64,000 nucleotides of DNA from Reclinomonas americana ATCC 50394. Taxonomy: Eukaryota. The position numbers were made by a program, and so were the translations under genes. Positions 51,096 to 62,001 of this stretch are shown here, piece after piece. Each line of letters opens with the position of its first letter. Positions within the stretch are counted from its first letter, which is position 1. The DNA is taken from assembly GCA_048213135.1 (NCBI GenBank), contig PS015023.1, forward strand, positions 112,314 to 176,313, read 5' to 3'. The notes beneath the pieces were generated by a model. It saw only the letters and a list, made by a program, of their open reading frames with translations. It searched no databases and was not told where the DNA came from.

Positions 51096-51899
51096 TGTGA
51101 ATTCAGTCGTTGCGCAGTGATGAAGAAAGTTTCTGTCATCGAAACGTTTGCTGCGGTTGAGCTGGTGGGCGCACGCTGGTGGGCGGCCGCGGTTTACCGA
51201 TCTTGCCTGCTCCAATCGACCTCGCGGACCACGGACTGTCACACACACAGATTTCTGTGAGGAGGCAGGTGCTGTCTCTCTCTCTCTCACACACACACAC
51301 ATACACACACATACACACACACACACATACACACATTCTCTCTTTCTCATCCACTTGCACTGCGTCACTCACCGCCGTGGACTGCTGCTGCTGCTGCTGC
51401 GCGCACACACACACATACACATACACGCGCACACACACACACAATCTCGAATCGTTAGCAAGTAAAACCCACGACAACAGTCGCAAAGAAGCACACCTAT
51501 CCATTCTTGTCTCTGCAACGGGCGATCAAATCTAATCAAAGTCAAAATCATCCGTTCATCGTCCTTCCAACCGCACCTGATTCAATCCAGATCCGGGTCA
51601 ACTTGTTGCCGGCGCTGGAAGTCAAGGAGAAGAAGCAACACAGAGCAATGTTGCTGCATCACCGTTTCTATGGCCAACAGTTCCGCGTGCTGCGGCGACA
51701 TTGATTTGCAATCAATATCGCGAACTTCGCAAGCGCTGCCGTGTAGTTGCTACCAGGAGAAAGCACACGAGACTCCTCGATGCTCATTCTCTCTCCACAT
51801 GAAACTGTTCTCTCTCCCCGTCGCTGACGTACAAGTCGTCAAACGTCATTCGCGTCCTGCCACACCTCGATCTTCCACTACACCTCACTGCGATCCACC

Positions 51900-52225
51900 A
51901 TGCATTGCGCGCTGGTGCACCACAAGCACCACCATCACAAACACCACCATCACAAACACCAGCGCCACCATCGCCACTGTAACCGCCACCATTCTCTCAC
52001 ATTATGTGTGCTGTTGGTGTGGGTGACGTGTGTGGCGGCCGCCGCGGAGCACGACTCGGAACACAATCACGGTCTCACCAACGCCAGTCAGTACGATCAG
52101 TCGCGCAGTAGCACGTTTCAGATGTTTGAGGCGAGACCGTTTGAGCTGTCGTACTTGGATGGAACACGATTGGAGGGTGTGTTGCATTCAGAGAGTGACA
52201 CACGCACACACACATGCTGACTCTC

Positions 52226-52279
<54 letters not shown>

Positions 52280-52451
52280 ACCGAAGGAACGGTGTGTTCG
52301 GACATTGTGCGCGTGGGCGATGTGTCTGCGCGACTGCAGCTCGGCTGTGTTATGGAACACGTGGGTGACTTTACCGCAGACGGAATCATGGGTGCGAGCT
52401 CTCTCCCACTGCACACGCACGCACACACACTCGTACCTCACTTCTGACGCA

Positions 52452-52489
<38 letters not shown>

Positions 52490-55400
52490 ATGCGGAAACA
52501 GGCCTCGGGTTCCCTCCTCCGAGCAACACCTTTGGCATCTCGTCGTTTCTGTACTCGGTCACGGTGCCGCCACCGCCCCTCTCGGAGAGTGCGTCGCCGC
52601 TGCCAGAGGACGACGATGTGCCGTTGGTGGATCGCGTGTTCGCTCTGCTGCTGTCGTCCAGTGGTGGCTTTCTGCAGCTCGGCGGCTTCGATCCCATTAC
52701 CATGGCGGGCCCGATGACTACACTGCCGGTGCTGAAGGCTGTTGCGTCGCGGACCCTGCCTCTTCTCCCTCTGGTCTCTCTGTCTCTCTGGTCTCTCTGT
52801 CTCACCTGCGCTCACTTCTCGCAGTGCAACCAACAACTCAGCTGTCACTTCACGTCGTACGCGCTGCCGGTGCAAAGCATCACCTTCCTCGGCTACCCGC
52901 TGCTGGAGACCAACGCCGTGTACTACCCAGCCATTGCCGACTCGGGCACCTCGTGCATGATCCTGCCGGACTCGGTGGGCGGTGCCTACAATCTGCGTCG
53001 CAGTCCCTTCAAGGTGTTTGCCGCGCTGGTTCTGGCCTTTGGCAGCACGCGTATCCTGAACGAGCGGCCGCCACTTAAAATGTGCGTGTGTGTGTGTTGC
53101 AATCGTGGAGACGTTTCTGTGTCTCATCGCGCACCGTGCACATTGCAGCACCATGGGTGGCCGCACGTTCCAGATTCCATTCGACGAGCTGCTCATGGAC
53201 CTCAAACCCGGCCTGCCCAACATCTACGACGGCAAGGAGACGAAATCGTTGTGCGTGAGCAGCAACGAGCACTCGCCGGACGTGTTCATCCTCGGTGATC
53301 CGTTCTACCGCTCGTTCTTGGTGGTGTTGCGTGCCGTGCGTGCCTTGTTGTGGAGCGCCTCTCCTGGCCTCACTCACTCTGTCGACACAGGCACGATCTG
53401 CGCGATGAGACCAAGCCGGTGCTTGGTGTGGCGCACCGCTCTGGTGTGGAACCTCGGCGGCAGCGCGACGGCGCTGGTGCGACGTCAGTTGGTAAGTTGG
53501 TGTGCTTGCTGGAGGTGGTGCCGATGATGGTCGTGTGTTCAGTCGTGTGGTGTGCGTGTACAGTGGGAGCTCGCAATGCGATGGGCCCGCAGCTGCCTGT
53601 GGCGTTTGAGGTCTCTCGAGTGCAACTGGCCTCGATGAATTCGGATGGCTCTCGACCGCGCCGATGGCGGCCAGCGCCGTCGGCCGAGGAGTTTATGCAT
53701 GCGATTGGTGAGGGAGGGAGAGGGAAAGGGAGGGAGGGAGGCAGGGAGGGCGAGGTGGGAGATATGACAAGTCAGAAGTGAGCTTCGTCTCTGCAGTATC
53801 GAAAGCTGTCTTCTGTGCCGAAACAGGGGTTGTCTGCGCTGGTTCCGCTTGCGGTTGAGTTGGTAGCTGGCATAATGGCAGCTCTCTTGAGAAAGCTCTC
53901 TTCCTGTCACATCACACGGAAAGGCGTTTTGCGTGAGAGTGTGGCAACTGGCACAGTGGCGTCTATCTTGGGAAAGCTCTCTTCTGTGCCGCATGCCGCA
54001 GAAATGGGGGTTATCTGCGCTGATTCCACTTGCGGTTGAGTGGCGACCGGCGCAGTGCTCTCTTCTGTGTCACAGCACTTGGAAATGGGTTCTTGTTGCG
54101 GGTTCTGCGTTTGTGTGATGCCAGCTTTGTTGATGTAGAGCGTCATGTAGAAAAGGAGTGTGCGTGTGGTTGCTTCGTGAGTTTGTGGCAACTGTCTCCA
54201 CGGCAGCTGTGTCGGGGCGATCTCTTATGACACAACACGCGGAATTGGGTTCTCCAAAGTACCCATTTTCTGTTCTGTGTCTCACCCAGCACTTGTGTCC
54301 TTTTCTCGTTCATCTTCTCCCCCTCAGCTCTCTCCTCTTCTCCCCCTCAGCTCTCTCCTCGTTTCTCATCCACCAAATTGCCGTGCAGATCGACTGGAGA
54401 GCGGCGGTCGCACTCGCAGTGCACCATCATCGCCTGCGCCCTCATCCACGGTCGTGGACGGCGCACGACACATGTTGCGCCTCCTGGAGACTGAAGCTTC
54501 AACGTCACCTGCCGGTGACGTGCAGTGGGCGGAACTTCACCGCGCTCTGCACACGGCGCTGCGCAACTGGGATGCCTCACCACTGGCCGCCGACACGAGT
54601 GCCATGTTTCACAACACCTCCACCGTGCGCCTCGACACACTCCAGGACGTGTTGTGCGTAGCTTGTCACCGCACGGCCATGGCATGGCCCCCTCTTCTGC
54701 TCACGCGTATGTCGCGCAGGTATACGGTCCCAGTGTACATCGGCACACCACCGCAGGAGCTGCATTTGGTGATCGACACAGGCAGCTCTGCAATGGCCTT
54801 CTTTGTGGTGCCTCCGGGCTACTGGATGCGCATCCTTGTCGGCTCCATGTTGCGTCATCGTACGCGTGCGCGCACACACACGCTTGCTTACCTTTGTGCA
54901 CTCACCGCTCCGTGTCAGAGTCCTCTGTGTCGTCGTCTCCCTGGTGGCCATGCTGGCCGTGACATGGCGTCGCCGCAGTCGCCGCCCTGCCGCCAAATCA
55001 CCGCCGACGTCGCCGCGCCTGCGACATCAACATCATCACCATCACCACCACCACAGCCACCATCACCATCACGGCCACCACCTGCGTGGCTCGCAACACC
55101 GCCACGAGTGGCATTCGTTCGACTCGGCGGAGGAGAGTGACATGGAGCTGGGCATGCAGGCGCTCATGGACAAGCACAGACTGCGCGAGATGGACGTGTT
55201 GGCCGACGTAGTGGCCGTGCGGACCGGTGACAGCACCGGCCTGCCGCTGGCCACCCTTGCCAGCAACGGCACAGCATTGAGCACAGCTGTAGCAGGAACA
55301 GCGACCTCGGCAGCAGCAGCAGCAGCAGGAGCGACCTCGACACTCAGTGTCGACAGCATCGTCGCAGGCACCGACGTGCATGTGGACGGCGATCGAGGAG

Positions 55401-55519
55401 GCGACGGCAGCAGCGGTGTTGATCATGCGCACAGTGTCGATGACGACGACGATGATGACGATGATGCTCTGGGCGAGTTCTCATCGTTCCTAGTGGCCTC
55501 GGCCACCTCGCCGAGATGA
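51900..55519 (+). CDS. Pepsin-family (A1) aspartic protease with circularly permuted order, C-terminal TM helix and His-rich ends
   Basis: In order: YDQSRSSTF, LSYLDG, DGIMGLG, AIADSGTS (52939) and ILGDPFYRSFLVVHDL. Then, via phase-1 intron 53708-54388, YTVPVYIGTPPQELHLVIDTGSS (54775) and a TM helix. Confidence 0.85.
53800..54290. repeat. Degenerate ~85-90 bp tandem repeat inside the protease's long intron
   Basis: Recurring gaaagctctcttctgtg (53801, 53890, 53972, ~54056) and ggggtt.tctgcgctg.ttcc.cttgcggttgagt (53826, 54007). Confidence 0.7.
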
Positions 55520-55581
55520 TGATGATGTAAAAAACACTTGTTTACGAAAGTCCTGATGCACAGTTGTCTTCTTGCATCGTC

Positions 55582-56740
55582 ATGTCGGTGAGCAGTCGGT
55601 GTGCATCCCCTCTCTCACACTCCACGCCTTCTCCCTCACTCACCACTCACCACAGCGACAAGCGCAAGTGGGTGATCGCGTGCAGCTTGAAGGCAATCTG
55701 ATTGGCACAGTGAGATATCGCGGTCCAGTGCCCGATCAGCGTGGCGAGTGGATCGGTGTCGAGCTTGACACGAAGAGTGGTGAGCCACTGTGTGTGTCAC
55801 TCTCTCCCACACACACATGCTCTCTTCTCACGCACGATATGGTGATGATGGTGATGATGATGTGTCATCAGATCGGCATCGTGCGGTGGGGAGTTTCGGA
55901 GGCCGTCACTTTTTCGACTGCACGAATGGCCGGAACGCTGCCTGGGCGCCTGTGGAACGGGCGCAAGTGATCTCTGGCGAATCCTCTTCATCCTCCTCTT
56001 CGTCATCCTCCTCCTCTTCTTCTTCCGTGCGCCAAGCCAGTGGAGGCAGCGGCAGCGGCGATCGGTGGACAACTACGAGTCGCGAAGCCTTTCGAGGAAC
56101 GCAGCTGCCGGAGCACATGACACTGGAGGAGGCACTGGCACGCATCGCGGACATGGAGCGGAAGAGTCGGGAGGAGGTAGGCAAGGCCTCGGAGCGGCAA
56201 CTGAGCAGTATGAACTCGGCGGCGGCGAGGGCGCGGTTGTTTGAGATTCACGAGAAACGCCTGCAACGACGCGTGCACGACTGGGGCTTGGTGATCAATC
56301 CGCGCACGGATGCGACAGGCAACTGCCAGTTCGATGCCATTGCCGATCAGTTGACGAGACGAGCCGGTCGGCGCACCGATATGCATCGGGTGCGACGCGA
56401 GGTCATCGAGTGGATGCACGACAACCCGGACTTTGAGATTGGTCCCGGCCAGCGTCTGCGTCACGTGTTTGGTGTGTACGAGGCCGAGTTTCGTACGCTG
56501 GAGGCGTATCTCGCAGCCAAGGCACGCGAAGGCACCTGGGGCGACTACTGGACGTTGGTGGCGGCCACGCAGTGCTTTGCTGTACGCATCTGCGTGTTCT
56601 CCTCGACCGAGGACGCCAGTGGCGATGTGCAGCAGCTTATGTTTGGCCCGGAGGACTCGCCAGTCGTCCTCATGCTCGGGCACATTCTGGAGTTTCACTA
56701 CGTCTCGCTGCTGGACAGCGACGACAGCGAATTTGATTGA
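55582..56740 (+). CDS. CAP-Gly domain plus OTU deubiquitinase
   Basis: VGDRV..GTVRYRGPV..GEWIGVELD..GSFGGRHFFDC (CAP-Gly). DATGNCQFDAIADQL..WGD..FHYVSL supplies the OTU Cys and His. Confidence 0.88.
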
Positions 56741-57247
56741 AGGAAGGCAGACTTGCAAATTTTTCGTCGCAAATTCACTTCTCACTCTCGCTCTGCTGGT
56801 GCGGCTACACAGGTGGCCGCCTATCTCACTGCAATCCTACTCTGTCTTGCAAATCTTAACTGCTAACACTGAAACAAATAACAAAGGCAACACATCATAA
56901 AACAAATGCAACACAATACACACACACTGTACAAAAGCATATACAACAACCAGATCTGGTGTGGTCTCTCCCGGCGTGGACATATTGCGCCTCTTGGGCA
57001 GTCATCACACGCCGGTCGACGCGATCGCCGCCGAGTGCTCCTGTGCCGGCATGGGTCACCGAAAGCACTCGGCAACGACGCGATCATGCGATCCGCGGCG
57101 AAACACATACTCGCCGACCTCTCGCACACACACGCACCACACGCAGTCACGCACACATATACACACACACCAACGCCCACTTAAACAATATCGAATAGCA
57201 GCCTCCCGTCACCCACTGCCCGCCGGCACCCAAGCGGTGAACATTTC

Positions 57248-59955
57248 CTACGCTCCGCTGCCGACCGGCATGGCCTTGTAGAGGTTGGGCTCGGTGGGCA
57301 CGGAGACGGTGGTGTACACGAATCCACCGGCCTGCCACCGTTGCGGCGACTGCAGCATCTCGTACACGAGTGCCTCGTCGCCGAGTCGTTCGTGGCCGGT
57401 AAAGTGGCCGGCGGCGTTGGCCGTCCGTCTGTCGTAGACGCCGTTCGACTTGCGAGAGCCGTGCACGAACTCGGGCGTGTTGATGCGGATCTCCTGGTCG
57501 AGTGACTCGGACCAGAGCGTCATCTGGAAGTGGAACCGCGGCGCGTAGACCAGCTTGCGGGAGTAGCCCTGCGAGGCGGCGCGCTTCTTCGGGCCGTCCT
57601 TCTTGCACTTGAGCTGGTAGTGCATCTCAATGACAACGTAGTCGTCGTAGGGGTCGCTCGGGTTCTGCTGATCGACCGTCGCCGACACGGCCGTCTTGAT
57701 GAACTGCACGTCGGGGTGCACGTACTGGCCGGTGCTCGGTATCAGCTCCAGGAACTCCTGGCCGTTGTGCGAGAACAGATCAAAGTCCGCGTCCCAGTGC
57801 ACGAATCGTGCATTCGGAACGTGGAACACGAAGCGGTAGCGCAGCTTGGCATTGTCTAGAATACGAGAGAGAGGAGTGAGCGATCGATCAAGGGTATGGG
57901 GAAATGTAGACCGTCAGCAACAGAAAACACACTCACCAGGGCCCAGGACGTCGGGGAATCCCGGCAGCCACGCTCCCCTCTGTGTGCTCTCGAGCACGGC
58001 AAAGCGGAGCTTGTGCGGCTGCAGCGACAGGCGCACCTCTTCCACCAGCTGCGGCGACGGCGCGCTGGAATTGCGCGAGCGGAACGAAGGCCGGTAGGGC
58101 GAGCGATGCAGGCGTTCACGGCCGCTAGTCGGGTCCACACGGAAAATCTCCGGCAGATTCCCAGACAAGGGCTCCAGCTTCACACCGCCCGTCGCGGACA
58201 ATGTCGGCAGCGCCGGCAGACAGAGTGCCGGCAACGCCTGGCTGTAGCTGTACGCCAACTCGCGGCGCTTGGGCGGTGTTGGCATGGCGAGCGGCGCCAA
58301 TCGCGGTGACGCGCATGGCGACGGAGAGGCAGAGCGTCGGTCGGCCGCTGTCATCGCAGACATGACGGGCGAGGGCGCCACGGAGCGCGGATCGTAGGTG
58401 CTCGATCCGTAGCTGGAGCTGTGGCCGGACATTTCCGAGTCCACTGGCGACGGTGCCGGCATCCATGACGTCGGCGACGGCGCTCCCATCGGGTCCTGCA
58501 CCGGTGTAGGAGTGGATGGCGGGGGTGCCGGCACAAACATGACCTCCGAGCCGTTACGCGACTGCGTCCAGCCGTACTGCTGTTGTGGAGAAGTGATGGA
58601 GTGAGTGAGTGAGGGAATCTTTTCTTCGTGTCAGCACACACACACTAACCTGCATGCCCGCGCCGGGGACGTCGAGCGGCAGAGTTGAGTTGGAGGCGTA
58701 GGCGGTGGGTGGCGCTGCGCCAAACCCGCGCTGCGCACCACCGTATCCACAGTACGCCGACGAGGCAGAAACTCCGAAACTGAACGGCATCGGCTGCGGC
58801 ATCGCCTGCACCGACATGCCTCCATAGCTCATCTGGTGCACCATCATTGACGGTGGCGGAGGCGGCGGCGGTGGTGTCGCCGGAACGGTCGACTGTCCGT
58901 AGCCGCCAAAGCTTGACGACACAAGTGACGACGATGAACCACCAAACGGGTTGACCAGGCCACATGACGCCGACGGCGACATGAGAATGTCATTGGCCAC
59001 ACCAAACATCTGTGCAAAGACGACAGATCAGCAATGGGAGCGGGGGAAGACAGCAAAGAGGAAAAGCAGTGGAGTGTGTTTTTGATTGGGAGACTGAGGG
59101 AAAGATGGAAAGGAATCAGCGTGTGCGTCACAAAGGGGATCAACACGAAAAAAGCAAACAATCAGTCGCGCGTTACAGTGAGACAGAGAGAGAGAGGCAT
59201 TGTGGCAAGGTGAGAGTGGCCCGAGCTGTCGGAGTCAGGAGGAACCACACTTCCGATACCCGTTACATAAAAAAAGGGCGCGCGCGTAAAGAGGAATCCA
59301 CGACGTACATGATCCCAACGAGAGAGAGAGAGAGAGAGGGAGAGACAGAGGGTGGGTGGGGGAGAGGGAGTGAGTGAGTGAGAGAGAAAGGAGAAGAAGA
59401 CGCGCGCGAAAAATCATTGCCAAAAACACCCGTGTGGCGTGAGAGAGCGAGCGAGTGAGCGAGGTACAAGAGGAGAGCGCACACGAGAGAGATCCACGGA
59501 GAGAGCGCAAAGAGAGCGGGTGAGAGACAAAGAGAGAGAGAGAGAACAAAAAACGGGACACGGGAGAATAAACATAGAACACACACGCGCGCCAAAAAAA
59601 CACGGAACAGCCGAGCCCGAGAGACACACAAACAGACGAGAGAGCGTGTGAGAGACAGAGACAGAGAGCGAGTGGAGAAAACACGGCAAACAATAAATAA
59701 ACACACACGTGTAACACCCACACACAGAGACACACAGAGACACAGTACCTGGAGCGAGTCTGACGAGGCCATTGTCACATGCTGCTGCTGCTGCTGCTGC
59801 GCGCCTGCTCCATTACAAAACGCCGAGGCCGAGAACGGCGGCTGTTGCTGATTGTGTTGTTGCGCAAAGGGATTGTAGTGTGCGGCGGAGGTCGCCGAGG
59901 TCGGAGTGACGCACGAGGGCGACTCCGCCCACAAACTCATCTCTACGTCGTCCAT
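57248..59955 (-). CDS. Putative transcription factor, paralog A (Q/P/S-rich N-terminus plus conserved beta-rich domain)
   Basis: Three introns; low-complexity N-terminus; C-terminal domain closely similar to that of the gene at 62002-63826. Confidence 0.7.
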
Positions 59956-62001
59956 GCTGGCTGAGGCGCAAAAGATCACTGTTGTCGTCGCGCGTGAGGA
60001 GACAAAGAGAAAAAAACACACAAAATGGAAATGCTCAATCAACCTTCGGGTTGGTGGTGTTGTTGTCTTGTTGAGTTGTTGTATGGCGGATAGTTCGCGG
60101 GTGGCATTGCGTGTATGTGTGTGTCTGTGCGTTCGTGTCAGCGTGAGAAGGAGGTGATGAAGAGGAACTGCGGTTGAGGTTGAGCTGATTGAGTGGAGAG
60201 TTGAGGTGTGACAGGCTTTTTGCCCGATTTCCAATCGAACAGCATTGCCGAATCCGTACACCATTTTGAAGTTCTTATTCTGGCCCTCGTCAGCGGTGCC
60301 TGCAGCAGTGGGATGGAGGTGCGCGTGCATCAGTGTGTGCTGCATGTGGAGGCGTGTCTCTTATTGTGTGTGTATGCGCGCGTGTCATGATGTTGTCGTG
60401 TCGGTGCATGCATGCATATGTCGTGCGCATTTGCCGGATTCGGTGACTGCACGGAAAAAAGCTCATGCAGTCTGGCCACGCAGCGCCTGTTGCTTCTCTC
60501 TCACACACTGCCTCGTTGGCAGCTGCTACTACTCCTCTCACATTCCTCGCCATCGGAGCGTGCATGTGCGCTCTTGTGCGAGTGGCTGGCTTTCTTTTTG
60601 AGCACTGCATCAGTTTCGAAATCGGACACTGAAAATCGAACGCGGTACCGCACAGCGGTGTGGGAGGTGTGGGGGCGACTCGTCACTCGCTTTTCTCTGC
60701 TTCACTGATGCAGCAGTACCCAGTGTCTTTCTTCTGCTTCTTCGCCGTCGTTCCCGTTGAGCTGATTGATTTGCACGAGCACGGTTCCACGAATTGAGGC
60801 AAACGATCGCCATTTGCTTTGATTTTGATTTCCTTCTCCCTCTGCCCCTCCCTCATCGCCCCCACTCAAATGCAACACAGCAGTCAACTTTTGTACATTA
60901 CGATGCATGGACATGTCATCTACAAATACGCAATGATTACGCCTTCAAGGAGACGGTATAAAAAAGGGGGGGTACGCCACATCAACGAGAGAGAGCGGCT
61001 GGCGAGGCGCGCTCTTGCAGTCTGCCACGATAGATTGCCCGGTGGGGGAAAGGAGATTAAAAGAGAATGTAACGCGTCAAGGACACGCGAGGATAGCGCA
61101 CGGGTAAAGGAGAGCAGGAGTGAGGAGGAGGAGAGAGGTGGGCAGGCAGACACGAATTATCGATAGTATCGATTACGAGCCAAAAATGCATCAGCGGGGG
61201 GTGTGAGCAGTGGGGAGGCACGGAGCGTGTGGCCAGTGACGCGAGGAGGAGGGTGGATTGGGGTCGGGGTTAATGAGCCGACGGCAACAGCAGGGGACGG
61301 GCAAGATGGGGAGACAGCGGCAGCAGTGACAAGCACAAGGCAGCGAGGAACGAGACCAATAAGTGTGCCATGGTGGCCGTGCGTGCATGCCCAGTGTGTG
61401 GCGACGAGAGAGTGTGTTGTGTGGCTCAGCTGTTACACCATCGAAAATGCCGACACACACAACACAAAGAGAGCGAGAGGAGAATTGGCAGAGACGACGA
61501 CGGGTGAAGCGTGCATGTGCGTGTGCGCGACGCGTGAAACTAGGCGTACCAAAATAACGCGCGCGCGCACAACACACACCACACCTCGTGCCCGCGTCCC
61601 ACACCTTCCCATTCTCTCACTCTCAATGTGCCATGTGTGCAACACTCGATAATCTGCTCCTCAATAGGAGGGAGGAGCAGTGGTGCGATTACAGTGATAT
61701 CGGCCTGCCACACAAGCACACAAACGCGCACGCACACACACAAGAGACAGTACAACGCGACGACCACCCACAATGACGCACACACAATAGGGCTGATCTC
61801 GCCTCACCACCTCGCCTCGAGTGTGTCACCACCACCGCAGCCACCACCACCAACTGCCCGCCGTTCGTCCCTGCCGGCCTCGATAGCCCGCCAATATCAC
61901 ACCGCTCGTGCTCGTCGTCACGTGGTCCACACGCCGTGCAGTCCCAGACTGTCACCTAGGTTAAAAAAAGGGGGTCGGGGTGGGGGTGGTGGAAGGACTC
62001 C

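Noticed and set aside
54277-55519. A separate second gene carrying only the DTGS half of a protease
   Set aside because: It has no signal peptide or convincing start of its own, and a phase-matched intron links it to the upstream exons.
59263-60345. 360-aa ORF as an independent gene
   Set aside because: It is exon 1 of TF paralog A plus 5' UTR and microsatellite-rich intron.
60956-60965. Plus-strand TATAAAAA as a promoter
   Set aside because: No credible plus-strand gene follows it.
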